Of a DNA stretch of 64,000 bases, positions 1 to 8,844 are shown one piece after another; position 1 is the first letter of the stretch, and each line of letters begins with the position of its first letter. The stretch comes from a phage: sequence record PX880100.1. One strand, written 5' to 3'. The notes below the pieces were generated by a model. The model was given only the letters and a program-made list of their open reading frames with translations, was not told the origin of the DNA and did no database searches. The translations under genes and the position numbers were made by a program.

Positions 1-1704
1 AATACTGGATTCATCCGGGAACTCATAAGCATGAGCTTTTGACAGCATCTTACGGTGATGATTATAAAATGCTACTGGTTTATCAAACTCAATCAAAGAG
101 CCATATGCTTCAATTGTTTCTGCACTAATATCCCCATCAGATAATATAATAATTTTTGCAGTTGCAAGAATGTCCCGAAGAACCTGAATACATTCACGAC
201 GTTGTTTAACAACCGGGGCGAATAATAGGTCATTCATTACAGCATCACATTCATCGATAAAGATTGCATCAATTTGACCAATAAAACTCTTGAACTTATG
301 CAAAGAGTGAATAGTTGTGGACATACGGTCAATAGCACCACGCTTAAAATTAAGCATATCTACAGACTTATCATATTGTCCTGCACTGAATTTCTTAGCA
401 TTTGAAGACACCAGCGCTCTAGTATTGGTAATTGCTAAGAAATTACCTTTAATAACTCCCGAATCTAACCAACGCACAACCGCCGTAGTTTTACCTGTAC
501 CTAGACTTGCTTTTACAAAAGTCATATAACCTTCTGGTGGCACAGTATTTAATTTCAAGAAGTTATCAGTTTCTAGAGAATTAGTTTCTAGCTTTTTAAG
601 TGGAATACCTTTTAAAACATCTGGTATATCACGTTTAGAATTATTAACAAATGCTTTCAGAGCCTGTTTACGACCATTATTAAAGTAATCTTGAATATTG
701 CGACTATTATCTTTAGTTGCAATATATTCTGATAAGGCTGGACGAATTTCTTTTTCTAGCCATGCAAAATCAACACCATCCTCCAAAGCTCTATGATAGA
801 GTTTAGGGATAATACGTAGATACACCCCATCCTCAGCTTCTTCTAGTTCGCTGATAGTTTCCTCTACTTTATCAGAGGCAGCTTTTTTACCTTTAATTTG
901 ATCGAGTAAAGAGTAAAACTCCTCCTTAAACTCACCTCTAGTTGTTTCATAGTCAACCAGATTATTGGGTAAATTTACTTTAGAACCCTTAACAAATACC
1001 AGACGTGAAGCACCCTCCGCTTTAAACGGATCTACTATACCATCAATAAATAACGGATCTGCAAAATAATGGAGCTGTACGGAAGAGTAATAAGCTAAGT
1101 CGGCAATATCAAAGCCATACTTTTGTCTACTACTTTCGTTGATAGATGTAAATAAGAATTTGATTTGACCCTGAGTTACTTTAACATTAGATTCTAGTAT
1201 TAAGTGCATTCGGATACCTGGTTTTAGCCCAGCCGAAGACGATGCATGAGCAATAAACCCTGCATCAAGAGGAAACATATCCTCACTAATACTATTTAAC
1301 ATTCTAATAATATGTCGAGCCATGCCAACAAGATCAAACTTGTTACAACCACCTGTATCTACAATACCATCCACGTCCATTGCAATTATATGACTTGGGT
1401 TAGATACATTAAAGTTGCCCTTCTTACGTCGCACATTATTTTTAGGTGCAAGACATCGACCTCGTACCGCAACGATATGAGGGTCAGACGTTAAACGTCT
1501 CATAAGAGGAAGCATTTCTACTAGGGTTTGAGGATCAACTTCATCAATTACATCAAACTTGAAGGGCATTGAAGCTGGTTTACCTTCAGGATGCTTTGAG
1601 GAAAATCTTTTAGCAAAAAGATAGTCTTCTGCTTTAACTTCTCGCCAATTGCCTGTGGCTAAATCGCGATGAAATCCTGCATGACCTTGTAGGATTGAGA
1701 ACAC
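1..1704 (-). CDS. DNA replication P-loop ATPase (primase/helicase-like), partial, runs off window start; probable GTG start at 1704
   Basis: Minus-strand frame open to window edge; Walker A GTGKT; AGGAG 7 nt upstream of GTG; absent from ORF track (truncated, non-ATG start). Confidence 0.55.
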   Translation of the reverse strand, partial: MFSILQGHAGFHRDLATGNWREVKAEDYLFAKRFSSKHPEGKPASMPFKFDVIDEVDPQTLVEMLPLMRRLTSDPHIVAVRGRCLAPKNNVRRKKGNFNVSNPSHIIAMDVDGIVDTGGCNKFDLVGMARHIIRMLNSISEDMFPLDAGFIAHASSSAGLKPGIRMHLILESNVKVTQGQIKFLFTSINESSRQKYGFDIADLAYYSSVQLHYFADPLFIDGIVDPFKAEGASRLVFVKGSKVNLPNNLVDYETTRGEFKEEFYSLLDQIKGKKAASDKVEETISELEEAEDGVYLRIIPKLYHRALEDGVDFAWLEKEIRPALSEYIATKDNSRNIQDYFNNGRKQALKAFVNNSKRDIPDVLKGIPLKKLETNSLETDNFLKLNTVPPEGYMTFVKASLGTGKTTAVVRWLDSGVIKGNFLAITNTRALVSSNAKKFSAGQYDKSVDMLNFKRGAIDRMSTTIHSLHKFKSFIGQIDAIFIDECDAVMNDLLFAPVVKQRRECIQVLRDILATAKIIILSDGDISAETIEAYGSLIEFDKPVAFYNHHRKMLSKAHAYEFPDESSI

Positions 1705-2275
1705 AACAATACTCCTGTGTTGGAAATGAAATAAGTTTTCTTTAGGACTATTCAGAAAGAATAGAACAACTGTTACTGTCAATTTCTCAACAAATTAATT
1801 GCAAATACTGAAGTGGGGTGGCAACTTCCACTTTCACGCTACACTGCCGCTTCACTATACCGCACAAATCCTTGAGGATGGCCGCTAAGCCAGATTTGCT
1901 CACCTAATGCTTCATGTACTAGCTCATACTAGATGTAGTATACCTTACGTCATCACTTCTCAGAGTTTTTCACTCTTCCCGTCTCACTTCACAACCACCT
2001 CACACTAGGTTGCTTCGAGGCCTTACCAGGGTTCCTACGGGATGTAGATCGCTAAGTATTCTATTAATTATTTGTTTAAAAACCAACACGTAACAGTTAA
2101 AACAACCCTTAATGGGGCAGCCTAACTGTTCCGTATCGCGGATTGTAAACAAGAAAAATTAGCAAAATCAATTTTTACTAATGTCTCTCGATTCAATATA
2201 AATATTATATCAAGATTTTGGGCATCCTGCAAGTAAAATTTTCCGGATGGTGCTATCATTGGTCTTGAGTACGAG

Positions 2276-2300
2276 TAAAACCGAGCCAAAATGACTCGGT
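2276..2300 (-). terminator. Rho-independent terminator after 2309..2506 gene
   Basis: Minus-strand hairpin AACCGAG-loop-CTCGGTT followed by U-tract. Confidence 0.5.
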
Positions 2301-2308
2301 TATGTAGA

Positions 2309-2506
2309 TTAGACACTTAAAATACTTCTAATCTCTTCTATATACTTATCTACTTTTTTAGCATCTACTTTACTTAGTTTTCCTATGTCAAAATCAGGAT
2401 CAGTAAACATTCTAGCTATCTCTATCTCTAGAGACTTACTAATTTTCCCTGTAGTATTCCACTTAGAAATCTTACCTTTTATCTTCCAAAATTCCTTATT
2501 CATCAT
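2309..2506 (-). CDS. hypothetical small protein
   Basis: ORF track; ATG overlaps stop of restored upstream reading frame (coupling). Confidence 0.4.
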   Translation of the reverse strand: MMNKEFWKIKGKISKWNTTGKISKSLEIEIARMFTDPDFDIGKLSKVDAKKVDKYIEEIRSILSV

Positions 2507-2889
2507 TTAACCCCGGAACATATATCCCAACACGGTTTAATTGTTCTTTAGCTTCTTTGAGAATATCTGGAGTGTACTCCCAAATATCATCTTCCACCTG
2601 TAAAAAAATGGGGCGAACAACCATCATCCGGCACACGACATATGGCCAAACAACGTGGATGGAACAAAGAGAAATTTAGGGCAACAATTAAACCCATAGC
2701 AGACAATTCATTCCAATCCAATTCCCATTCCCCGGCGTATCCAGACAGGAAAACGCCAATGCATGGATCATCTATTTGCTGCTCAGGAAAAGTGAAAGAG
2801 ACTTGTCTTACCCCCAACCAACGTTGTAGCAGCTTCTCCGCACGTTTCACCAAACTAGGATCAATCTGACGCCAATATACTTGTTCCAT
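2496..2889 (-). pseudogene. frameshifted paralogue of 2899..3327 (intact N-terminal ORF 2587..2889; C-terminal part in +1 frame after an A7/T7 run at 2602-2608)
   Basis: N-terminal CIG and W-EL-MGL-ALN-LF motifs shared with neighbour; C-terminal W-Y-P...L-R-G...PGL block is only in the shifted frame. Confidence 0.5.
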
Positions 2890-2898
2890 TCTGCCTCC

Positions 2899-3327
2899 TT
2901 AAGCAGTTAAACCTGGGATCATATACCCGAAACGGCGAAGTTTTTGGATACCATCATTCACTTCTTCTGGTGAGTAAGACCAACCATAACGTTCATTAAC
3001 CTGAAAACCAGGAGATTCACTAGTTTTATAGTTAACAACGAGGCGATGCTTAGCAGACATAAACAGCTTATAGTTTAACGCAAAAACTAAGCCCATTTCA
3101 TCTAACTCTTTCCAGCCGACAATCTCTTCAAGGCCCTCTTCTACCTGAACAATTAAACCAATACAGGGGGCCTCATCAATATCATCTTTAAAAGCAAAGG
3201 AGATTTCGTTATTCTCACACCATATTTTCAAGGAGTTAATAGCCTCATTATACAGGCTAGCCGGGAGAGTACGCCAAAAGTTAACCAAAATTGGGTTAGC
3301 TTCTTTAGAGAAGACATTATTAAACAT
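2899..3327 (-). CDS. hypothetical protein, paralogue of 2496..2889
   Basis: ORF track; shared motifs with adjacent gene. Confidence 0.5.
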   Translation of the reverse strand: MFNNVFSKEANPILVNFWRTLPASLYNEAINSLKIWCENNEISFAFKDDIDEAPCIGLIVQVEEGLEEIVGWKELDEMGLVFALNYKLFMSAKHRLVVNYKTSESPGFQVNERYGWSYSPEEVNDGIQKLRRFGYMIPGLTA

Positions 3328-3329
3328 AT

Positions 3330-3842
3330 TTACACCTTAAATTGTTGTAGGGCTTTACACATTTCAAGATCTGGACTAAATTCTAACATATAGCTAACAG
3401 CTTTTAAATCCTGAAGATTTATCCCGGTCCTACCGTTGACTATAACCGTTGGATACTGATACATCATAGCACCCCCATCATCAAGCACACACCAATGTTT
3501 GAGCTTATGCTTTTCAACGAAGCGAAGAACAGAATTACCCCTAGATAATCCACCCCCAGTAAAATCCGTTGTACCAAGAAAACGATCGATAAGACCTAAT
3601 CCGGTCATAATCTGAACGTTCTCCATCTCATTTCTGACAGAGAACCAAGATGATACTCCAACAATCATTATCGGAGAAGGACGAATAAAGTCCTGAAAAG
3701 CCTTGAGAAGCGGTTTGAAAACCCAGTCACTTCCAAAGAAAATCTTTTCATCATCAGGTGCATGATGGTGGGAGATGCTTGAATTGAGCACCCCATCAAT
3801 GTCCAGAAAAATAATTGGAGTATTACTTATTTCCTGACACAT
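3330..3842 (-). CDS. HAD-superfamily phosphatase/hydrolase
   Basis: N-terminal FLDIDGVL (DxDG[TV]) motif I. Confidence 0.6.
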   Translation of the reverse strand: MCQEISNTPIIFLDIDGVLNSSISHHHAPDDEKIFFGSDWVFKPLLKAFQDFIRPSPIMIVGVSSWFSVRNEMENVQIMTGLGLIDRFLGTTDFTGGGLSRGNSVLRFVEKHKLKHWCVLDDGGAMMYQYPTVIVNGRTGINLQDLKAVSYMLEFSPDLEMCKALQQFKV

Positions 3843-4638
3843 GAGGTCTACCCCCTAAATGAGCTTCTACACGAGCAATAAAATCAGGATCACTGAAAGC
3901 ATCTACCGCACCTTTACTCCAGTAAGGGATACCGCGTTCTTCCAGCTGGTACATCTCACTACGAGTCATACCTTGATAGCCAGGTTCCGCCGCTAGGGCA
4001 CTATCATAGTAGTTAACAACCATTAGCTTGGCAGCAGTCAAATTAAGAACAGGAAATAGTTCCCAGTAGAAGTTAATTACTTGGTTAGAGCAACCAACCA
4101 CAATGATCATATCTTGACTGGTAATACCATCAAAAACATTGTACATTTCCGCATATGCTGGAGCATGCTCTCCAAAGAAGATTACATTAGGTTTAACCCA
4201 TTTATAATCATCTGGATCAATAGAATTGTATCCTACATCAATAATCCGTTTATTGCTACTATTGTAGCTATCAGCTACAACAACCTCTTTTAAATATCCG
4301 TGAATGTGCAGAATGTCACTATGTGGAACGCCAGCACGCTCAATAAGGTCATCAACGTTGGTAGTCAAGTTTACTACTTGACCTGGATATTGTTTATACC
4401 ATTCACCAATACGCAAATGCGCAAGATTGGGTTCAACAGTTTTTAGCTCTTCACGACGCCTGTTGTAAAACATATGGGTTTTATGATAAAAATTACCACG
4501 AAAGGCATGAATATTGCATACCTCTTCTAAGTCATAATCATCCCACAATGCTTTACCACTAGCAGTATCAGTACGGAAGGCTCGTACACCGCTTTCAACA
4601 CTCAAACCTGCACCGCTAATAACAATTAATCTACGCAT
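3823..4638 (-). CDS. Sir2-family (sirtuin-like) NAD-dependent deacylase/ADP-ribosyltransferase, apparently zinc-less
   Basis: GAGLSVESGVRAFR Rossmann motif, NVDDL, HIHG catalytic His; no CxxC zinc pairs. Confidence 0.7.
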   Translation of the reverse strand: MRRLIVISGAGLSVESGVRAFRTDTASGKALWDDYDLEEVCNIHAFRGNFYHKTHMFYNRRREELKTVEPNLAHLRIGEWYKQYPGQVVNLTTNVDDLIERAGVPHSDILHIHGYLKEVVVADSYNSSNKRIIDVGYNSIDPDDYKWVKPNVIFFGEHAPAYAEMYNVFDGITSQDMIIVVGCSNQVINFYWELFPVLNLTAAKLMVVNYYDSALAAEPGYQGMTRSEMYQLEERGIPYWSKGAVDAFSDPDFIARVEAHLGGRPHVSGNK

Positions 4639-4852
4639 TTTTCACCTGTTCTCTGAAGTTTTGCCCAATACTGTCTAATAGCTCAGCTAATTCTTTATTG
4701 CCTTTCTCCATTAAGGTATTAGCAATAACTTCTAGCATAGTAGCGCAGGATTCAATACCATCCTTATAGCCAGTTTCCCAGTGCTGCATTAATGCGTTTT
4801 CCAAAGCGGCGTTTAAACCCTTATCTGGTAGCATCGGCTTCGAGAATGCCAT
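4631..4852 (-). CDS. hypothetical protein
   Basis: ORF track, operon context. Confidence 0.4.
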   Translation of the reverse strand: MAFSKPMLPDKGLNAALENALMQHWETGYKDGIESCATMLEVIANTLMEKGNKELAELLDSIGQNFREQVKNA

Positions 4853-5045
4853 AAAGTTTCTCCTCTAGTTCCATAACACGATTTTCATAAGAGGCACGCA
4901 ACTTTTCAATTGCCAGCGCACGCACTGTAACCTCATTAGAATTAATAGCTAACTGGGCCAGATCTTCTGTTTCCATACGTCCGTTGTAAATTAAGCGATA
5001 TTTAAGGTGCTTCACATTCTTAGTCATTATTAAACTCCACTGCAA
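4821..5045 (-). CDS. hypothetical protein
   Basis: ORF track, operon context. Confidence 0.4.
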   Translation of the reverse strand: MQWSLIMTKNVKHLKYRLIYNGRMETEDLAQLAINSNEVTVRALAIEKLRASYENRVMELEEKLYGILEADATR

Positions 5046-5400
5046 CTGTTTCTAGGTCTTCATCAGAAAAACTAGAGTATATATCTTTAAGATACTGTTT
5101 AATACTCCAAGTAATATCTTCATACCCATTGGGGCTACGTTGGTATACTTTTAACACTCTATTATACACAAATTCAAGATTACATTTTACTTCATCTCTG
5201 TCTTCATCAAACAAGCAATATGGGTTATAAGGCGATACATCTAGATTTGTTCCTACCCAATCGCCAATAATGGTAGGGTATGCAACACCCTCTATACGCG
5301 AGTAATCACCTGTGGCAGCAAAGACAGCCTCCGCAATATCATCCACACCCAGATGGAAACTACCACATGTAGATTCAACTATATAAGGCTTTAATTTCAT
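5020..5400 (-). CDS. hypothetical protein
   Basis: ORF track; first gene downstream of nrdD. Confidence 0.45.
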   Translation of the reverse strand: MKLKPYIVESTCGSFHLGVDDIAEAVFAATGDYSRIEGVAYPTIIGDWVGTNLDVSPYNPYCLFDEDRDEVKCNLEFVYNRVLKVYQRSPNGYEDITWSIKQYLKDIYSSFSDEDLETVAVEFNND

Positions 5401-5499
5401 ATTTTTCTCCTCTCAAATTTATAAATCTATTATATATAAATTTTTGGCTGAAAGCAAATAAAATAAAAGCCAGGTCGACTAGCAACCCGGCTGATTAGC

Positions 5500-7374
5500 T
5501 TATTTAGCTCGAATATCCTGATGTTTCACCCTGCCCATAACCTCGTGCTGTTTGCCGGGGTTAAATGGACGAGCACCCGGATTTCCAAGATACCCACAAA
5601 CTCGACGAGTTACTTCAAGAGTTTCGGGGTCATGATTACCACAGATAGGGCACTTAAATCCATCTTCGGATGCTATTGTTTCACCTAAGAATCCACATTT
5701 ACCACAAGAATCCACTGGAGTATTAATACCGAAGTAATGAACCTTACTAGCCGCATAATTAATAACCCATTCCAGTGCATCTGGGAATCGTTTCATATCC
5801 GGTAGTTCTACATAGGAAATGCACCCACCAGAAGCAATCGGAGTAAAGTTAGACTCATAATCAAATTTCACGTTAGGAGCAACTTTACGTTCCACATCAA
5901 GGTGGTGAGAGTTAGTGTAGTATCCTTTGGACAGAATATCTTCATGCTCCGGGAAATATTCACGGTCTAGACGACAAAAACGGTCGCATAGGGATTCTGA
6001 TGGTGTAGCATACAGACTATAACCTAGTTTAGTTTCTTCCTTCTTCTGATCGACTCTATCCCGCATGTACTGCAATACACGCTGAACAAACTTGATGCAG
6101 GTCTCGGACATTGTGTCTACATCTTTGCCAAACATGAACTGTAGCATTTCATGGCAGCCAATATACCCTAGAGATACAGAAGCACGGTTATAGAAATGAT
6201 CGAATACATATTCCTCAGGCCCCAAGCGTAACCCAAAGGCTCCTGACATATAGAGGATGGGTGCAGCTTTAGCTTGAATGTATTTTAAGCGATCAACTCT
6301 CCACTCCAACGCTTTTAATGCTGTATCCACACGTAGCTCAAGCAAATCAAAGAATAGGTCAATATTTCCCTCAGCTTCGATAGCAATTCTAGGCAAGTTT
6401 ACAGAAACAACACCTAAGTTATTACGACCGGCAGTTTCACCATCTTCTGTAGCAGCTAGGAATGAACGACAGCCCATAGAAACTTTGTAGTCCCCAGTAA
6501 CTTCCACAACCTTATCATAGCTGATATAATCTGGATACATACGTTCAGCAGTACATTTCATAGCTAACTTCTTGATGTCATAATTAACATCTCCTGGTTT
6601 CATGTTAACACCATCACGAAGTACAAATACCAGTTTCGGGAAGATAGCTGTACGTTTATTGATACCTAAACCATCCATGCGTACTTTCAGTATTGCTTTC
6701 TGTACTAGACGTGCTTCCCAAGAAGTTCCTAGACCAAAACCAAAGGTAATAAATGGACTCTGACCGTTAGAGTTGAACATTGTATTGATTTCATACTCTA
6801 GACCCTGACAGGCATCATAGACTTCCTTTTCAGTCATCTCCGTAGCCATTACTGATGCTTTGGCTTCATCCTTAGTCCAACGTTTTGCAAACGCATGATT
6901 TTTGTCATAGGATTTACGAACATAAGGGGCTAATACTTCATCAAGGCGATCTACAGAAGTACCACCATACTGATGGGAGCTAACCTGAGTGATAATCTGA
7001 GCAGTAATAGCCGCCGCAGTAGTAATAGAGTTTGGAGTGCTAATTTCAGCATTACCAACCTTCATACCATTCTTCAACATATCTTCCAGAGCTACCAGAC
7101 AACAGTTAGTCATGCCTAATGCAGCATAATCAGCATCATGGAAATGAATATCCCCAATCATATGAGCATTTCGAATCTGAATTGGCATTTCTTCTAGAAT
7201 CAGATACTTACTCAATTCACCTGCAAGCATATCCCTTTGTGTAGGGAAACGTTCTGAGGGTTTATTAGCATTATTAAACAGCAGCTCTTCATCTGCTGAC
7301 CCTTCGATAATCTCTTTGCAGTTTCTAATTAACGCCTGCATTTCTTTATACTTTAGTTCTTCATTGCGATTCAT
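5500..7374 (-). CDS. nrdD: anaerobic ribonucleoside-triphosphate reductase (class III RNR)
   Basis: 624 aa; C-terminal CPICG...RRVCGYLG zinc ribbon plus glycyl radical motif. Confidence 0.9.
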   Translation of the reverse strand: MNRNEELKYKEMQALIRNCKEIIEGSADEELLFNNANKPSERFPTQRDMLAGELSKYLILEEMPIQIRNAHMIGDIHFHDADYAALGMTNCCLVALEDMLKNGMKVGNAEISTPNSITTAAAITAQIITQVSSHQYGGTSVDRLDEVLAPYVRKSYDKNHAFAKRWTKDEAKASVMATEMTEKEVYDACQGLEYEINTMFNSNGQSPFITFGFGLGTSWEARLVQKAILKVRMDGLGINKRTAIFPKLVFVLRDGVNMKPGDVNYDIKKLAMKCTAERMYPDYISYDKVVEVTGDYKVSMGCRSFLAATEDGETAGRNNLGVVSVNLPRIAIEAEGNIDLFFDLLELRVDTALKALEWRVDRLKYIQAKAAPILYMSGAFGLRLGPEEYVFDHFYNRASVSLGYIGCHEMLQFMFGKDVDTMSETCIKFVQRVLQYMRDRVDQKKEETKLGYSLYATPSESLCDRFCRLDREYFPEHEDILSKGYYTNSHHLDVERKVAPNVKFDYESNFTPIASGGCISYVELPDMKRFPDALEWVINYAASKVHYFGINTPVDSCGKCGFLGETIASEDGFKCPICGNHDPETLEVTRRVCGYLGNPGARPFNPGKQHEVMGRVKHQDIRAK

Positions 7375-7403
7375 TATACTCTCCTTCTCTAACTAAGACT
7401 ACT

Positions 7404-7432
7404 ATTATAACTCATTCGAGGGCGGATGTCAA
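7404..7432 (-). promoter_or_regulatory. sigma70-type promoter for nrdD operon
   Basis: TTGACA-17 bp-TATAAT on minus strand. Confidence 0.6.
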
Positions 7433-7483
7433 CAATATTTTACTATAAAGTTCTGTAACATGATCTGAGTCAAAAAATTTTAT

Positions 7484-7512
7484 TTGCCAATCTCTATTAA
7501 AAATTGTATAAT
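7484..7512 (+). promoter_or_regulatory. sigma70-type promoter (rightward)
   Basis: TTGCCA-17 bp-TATAAT. Confidence 0.5.
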
Positions 7513-7623
7513 CACGCACTCGTGCACGCGATATAAAATGATTATCTAGTATCACACATCTCACGTTAAAAGCAAGCAAATTTTTTATTTAAATGCAATA
7601 TCATAGGCTTATTTAAAATTGTA

Positions 7624-7652
7624 GTTGCTTTTTACTGTATATATTGGTATAA
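7624..7652 (+). promoter_or_regulatory. early promoter upstream of phoH
   Basis: TTGCTT-17 bp-TATAAT. Confidence 0.55.
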
Positions 7653-7717
7653 TATATTTGTAAGTTGATAAACAAGATCTTTTTGTTGATCCTCTGTTAG
7701 CGAAGTACACTATAGGA

Positions 7718-8479
7718 GTGTTATTTATGGGAAAAGCACGTCAAAAAAGAGAGAACCGCAATGGTTCAAGAAAGCGTGGCAACAAGTATGAGAATAACGT
7801 AATTCAGGCTGATTTTTCTAATGATTACGCTAACCCAGTTGCTAAATCCCTAGTAGGTAAAAACCGCGAGCAAAAATCATATATCAATATGATCAAGAAC
7901 AACACAGTGACTGTGGGTATTGGTGAGCCAGGTACAGGTAAAACCTTTATTCCGTCTGTTCTTGCAGCTCAGGAACTTGTAGACATTCACTCAGATATTG
8001 AGCAAGTGATCCTCGTACGTCCTAATGAACCTCTAGGTAAGTCTCTTGGTATGCTTCCTGGTGATCTAGCGGAAAAGCTAGAGCCTTGGTTGGAGCCAAT
8101 AGCTGATGGTATGAAATGGGCCATCGGCGATCATGCATATAAAGGATATGTCGAACGTCAGAAAATTAAATTTTTGGCTATCGAACATGCTCGTGGCAGA
8201 ACTTTCAACAACTCCTATGTAATTGTCGACGAAGCTCAGAATATTTCCGTTGAGGCAATGATTTGTCTCCTAACTCGTGTAGGGCAAGACTGCCGTTTAA
8301 TTATCTGCGGAGATATAGCTCAGAAAGACATTAAAGGTGACTCAGGTCTAGCACTCCTTATGGAAGTCTATGAGAAATACGAAAATGCCCCCTTCTCAAT
8401 GATCGAATTGATTGATAACGTTCGTTCTGTTGAGTCTAAAGCATTCTATGATATTTTTAAAGACATGGGGAAGGTGTAA
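7718..8479 (+). CDS. phoH: PhoH-like ATPase
   Basis: Walker A GEPGTGKTF; Walker B VIVDEAQN. Confidence 0.85.
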   Translation: MLFMGKARQKRENRNGSRKRGNKYENNVIQADFSNDYANPVAKSLVGKNREQKSYINMIKNNTVTVGIGEPGTGKTFIPSVLAAQELVDIHSDIEQVILVRPNEPLGKSLGMLPGDLAEKLEPWLEPIADGMKWAIGDHAYKGYVERQKIKFLAIEHARGRTFNNSYVIVDEAQNISVEAMICLLTRVGQDCRLIICGDIAQKDIKGDSGLALLMEVYEKYENAPFSMIELIDNVRSVESKAFYDIFKDMGKV

Positions 8480-8480
8480 T

Positions 8481-8723
8481 ATGGGAAACGTCGTTCATCT
8501 GAGCCGTAAAACTAAAATACATCGTACTTCACTGAGTGCTGCTAATATGATTACACGTAAGGAAGGGGAAGAAAGTCCTAAGACAACCCTAGCGTGGAAA
8601 ATTGTAACCTCAAATCCAAATAAACCATTCAATTATAACGAGCTAAGCACCTCTATAGATATTCTATTAAAAGAAGTAGCTAGAGCTAAAGTAATTGAAC
8701 AAGCTAAAAAGCTAGACTGGTAA
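8481..8723 (+). CDS. hypothetical protein
   Basis: ATG one nt after phoH stop; track ORF 8412..8723 trimmed to this ATG. Confidence 0.4.
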   Translation: MGNVVHLSRKTKIHRTSLSAANMITRKEGEESPKTTLAWKIVTSNPNKPFNYNELSTSIDILLKEVARAKVIEQAKKLDW

Positions 8724-8844
8724 TATACAGGGCCTGGGTATGAAAATACTCGGGCCTTTTCTATCAGAAAATTTTATTTGCCTAATGACCGATAATAAAG
8801 TAGAATATTCCTTAAATCCTGATAACTATAAAAAGGAAAGCCAA

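Noticed and set aside
1705-2120. Group I intron interrupting the replication ATPase
   Set aside because: No P/Q/R/S core elements recognised and no in-frame upstream exon found; cannot be fully excluded without covariance-model search.
2122-2316. 64-aa minus-strand ORF
   Set aside because: Overlaps the terminator hairpin of the upstream gene and lies in the promoter/leader region; no RBS; composition unlike neighbouring genes.
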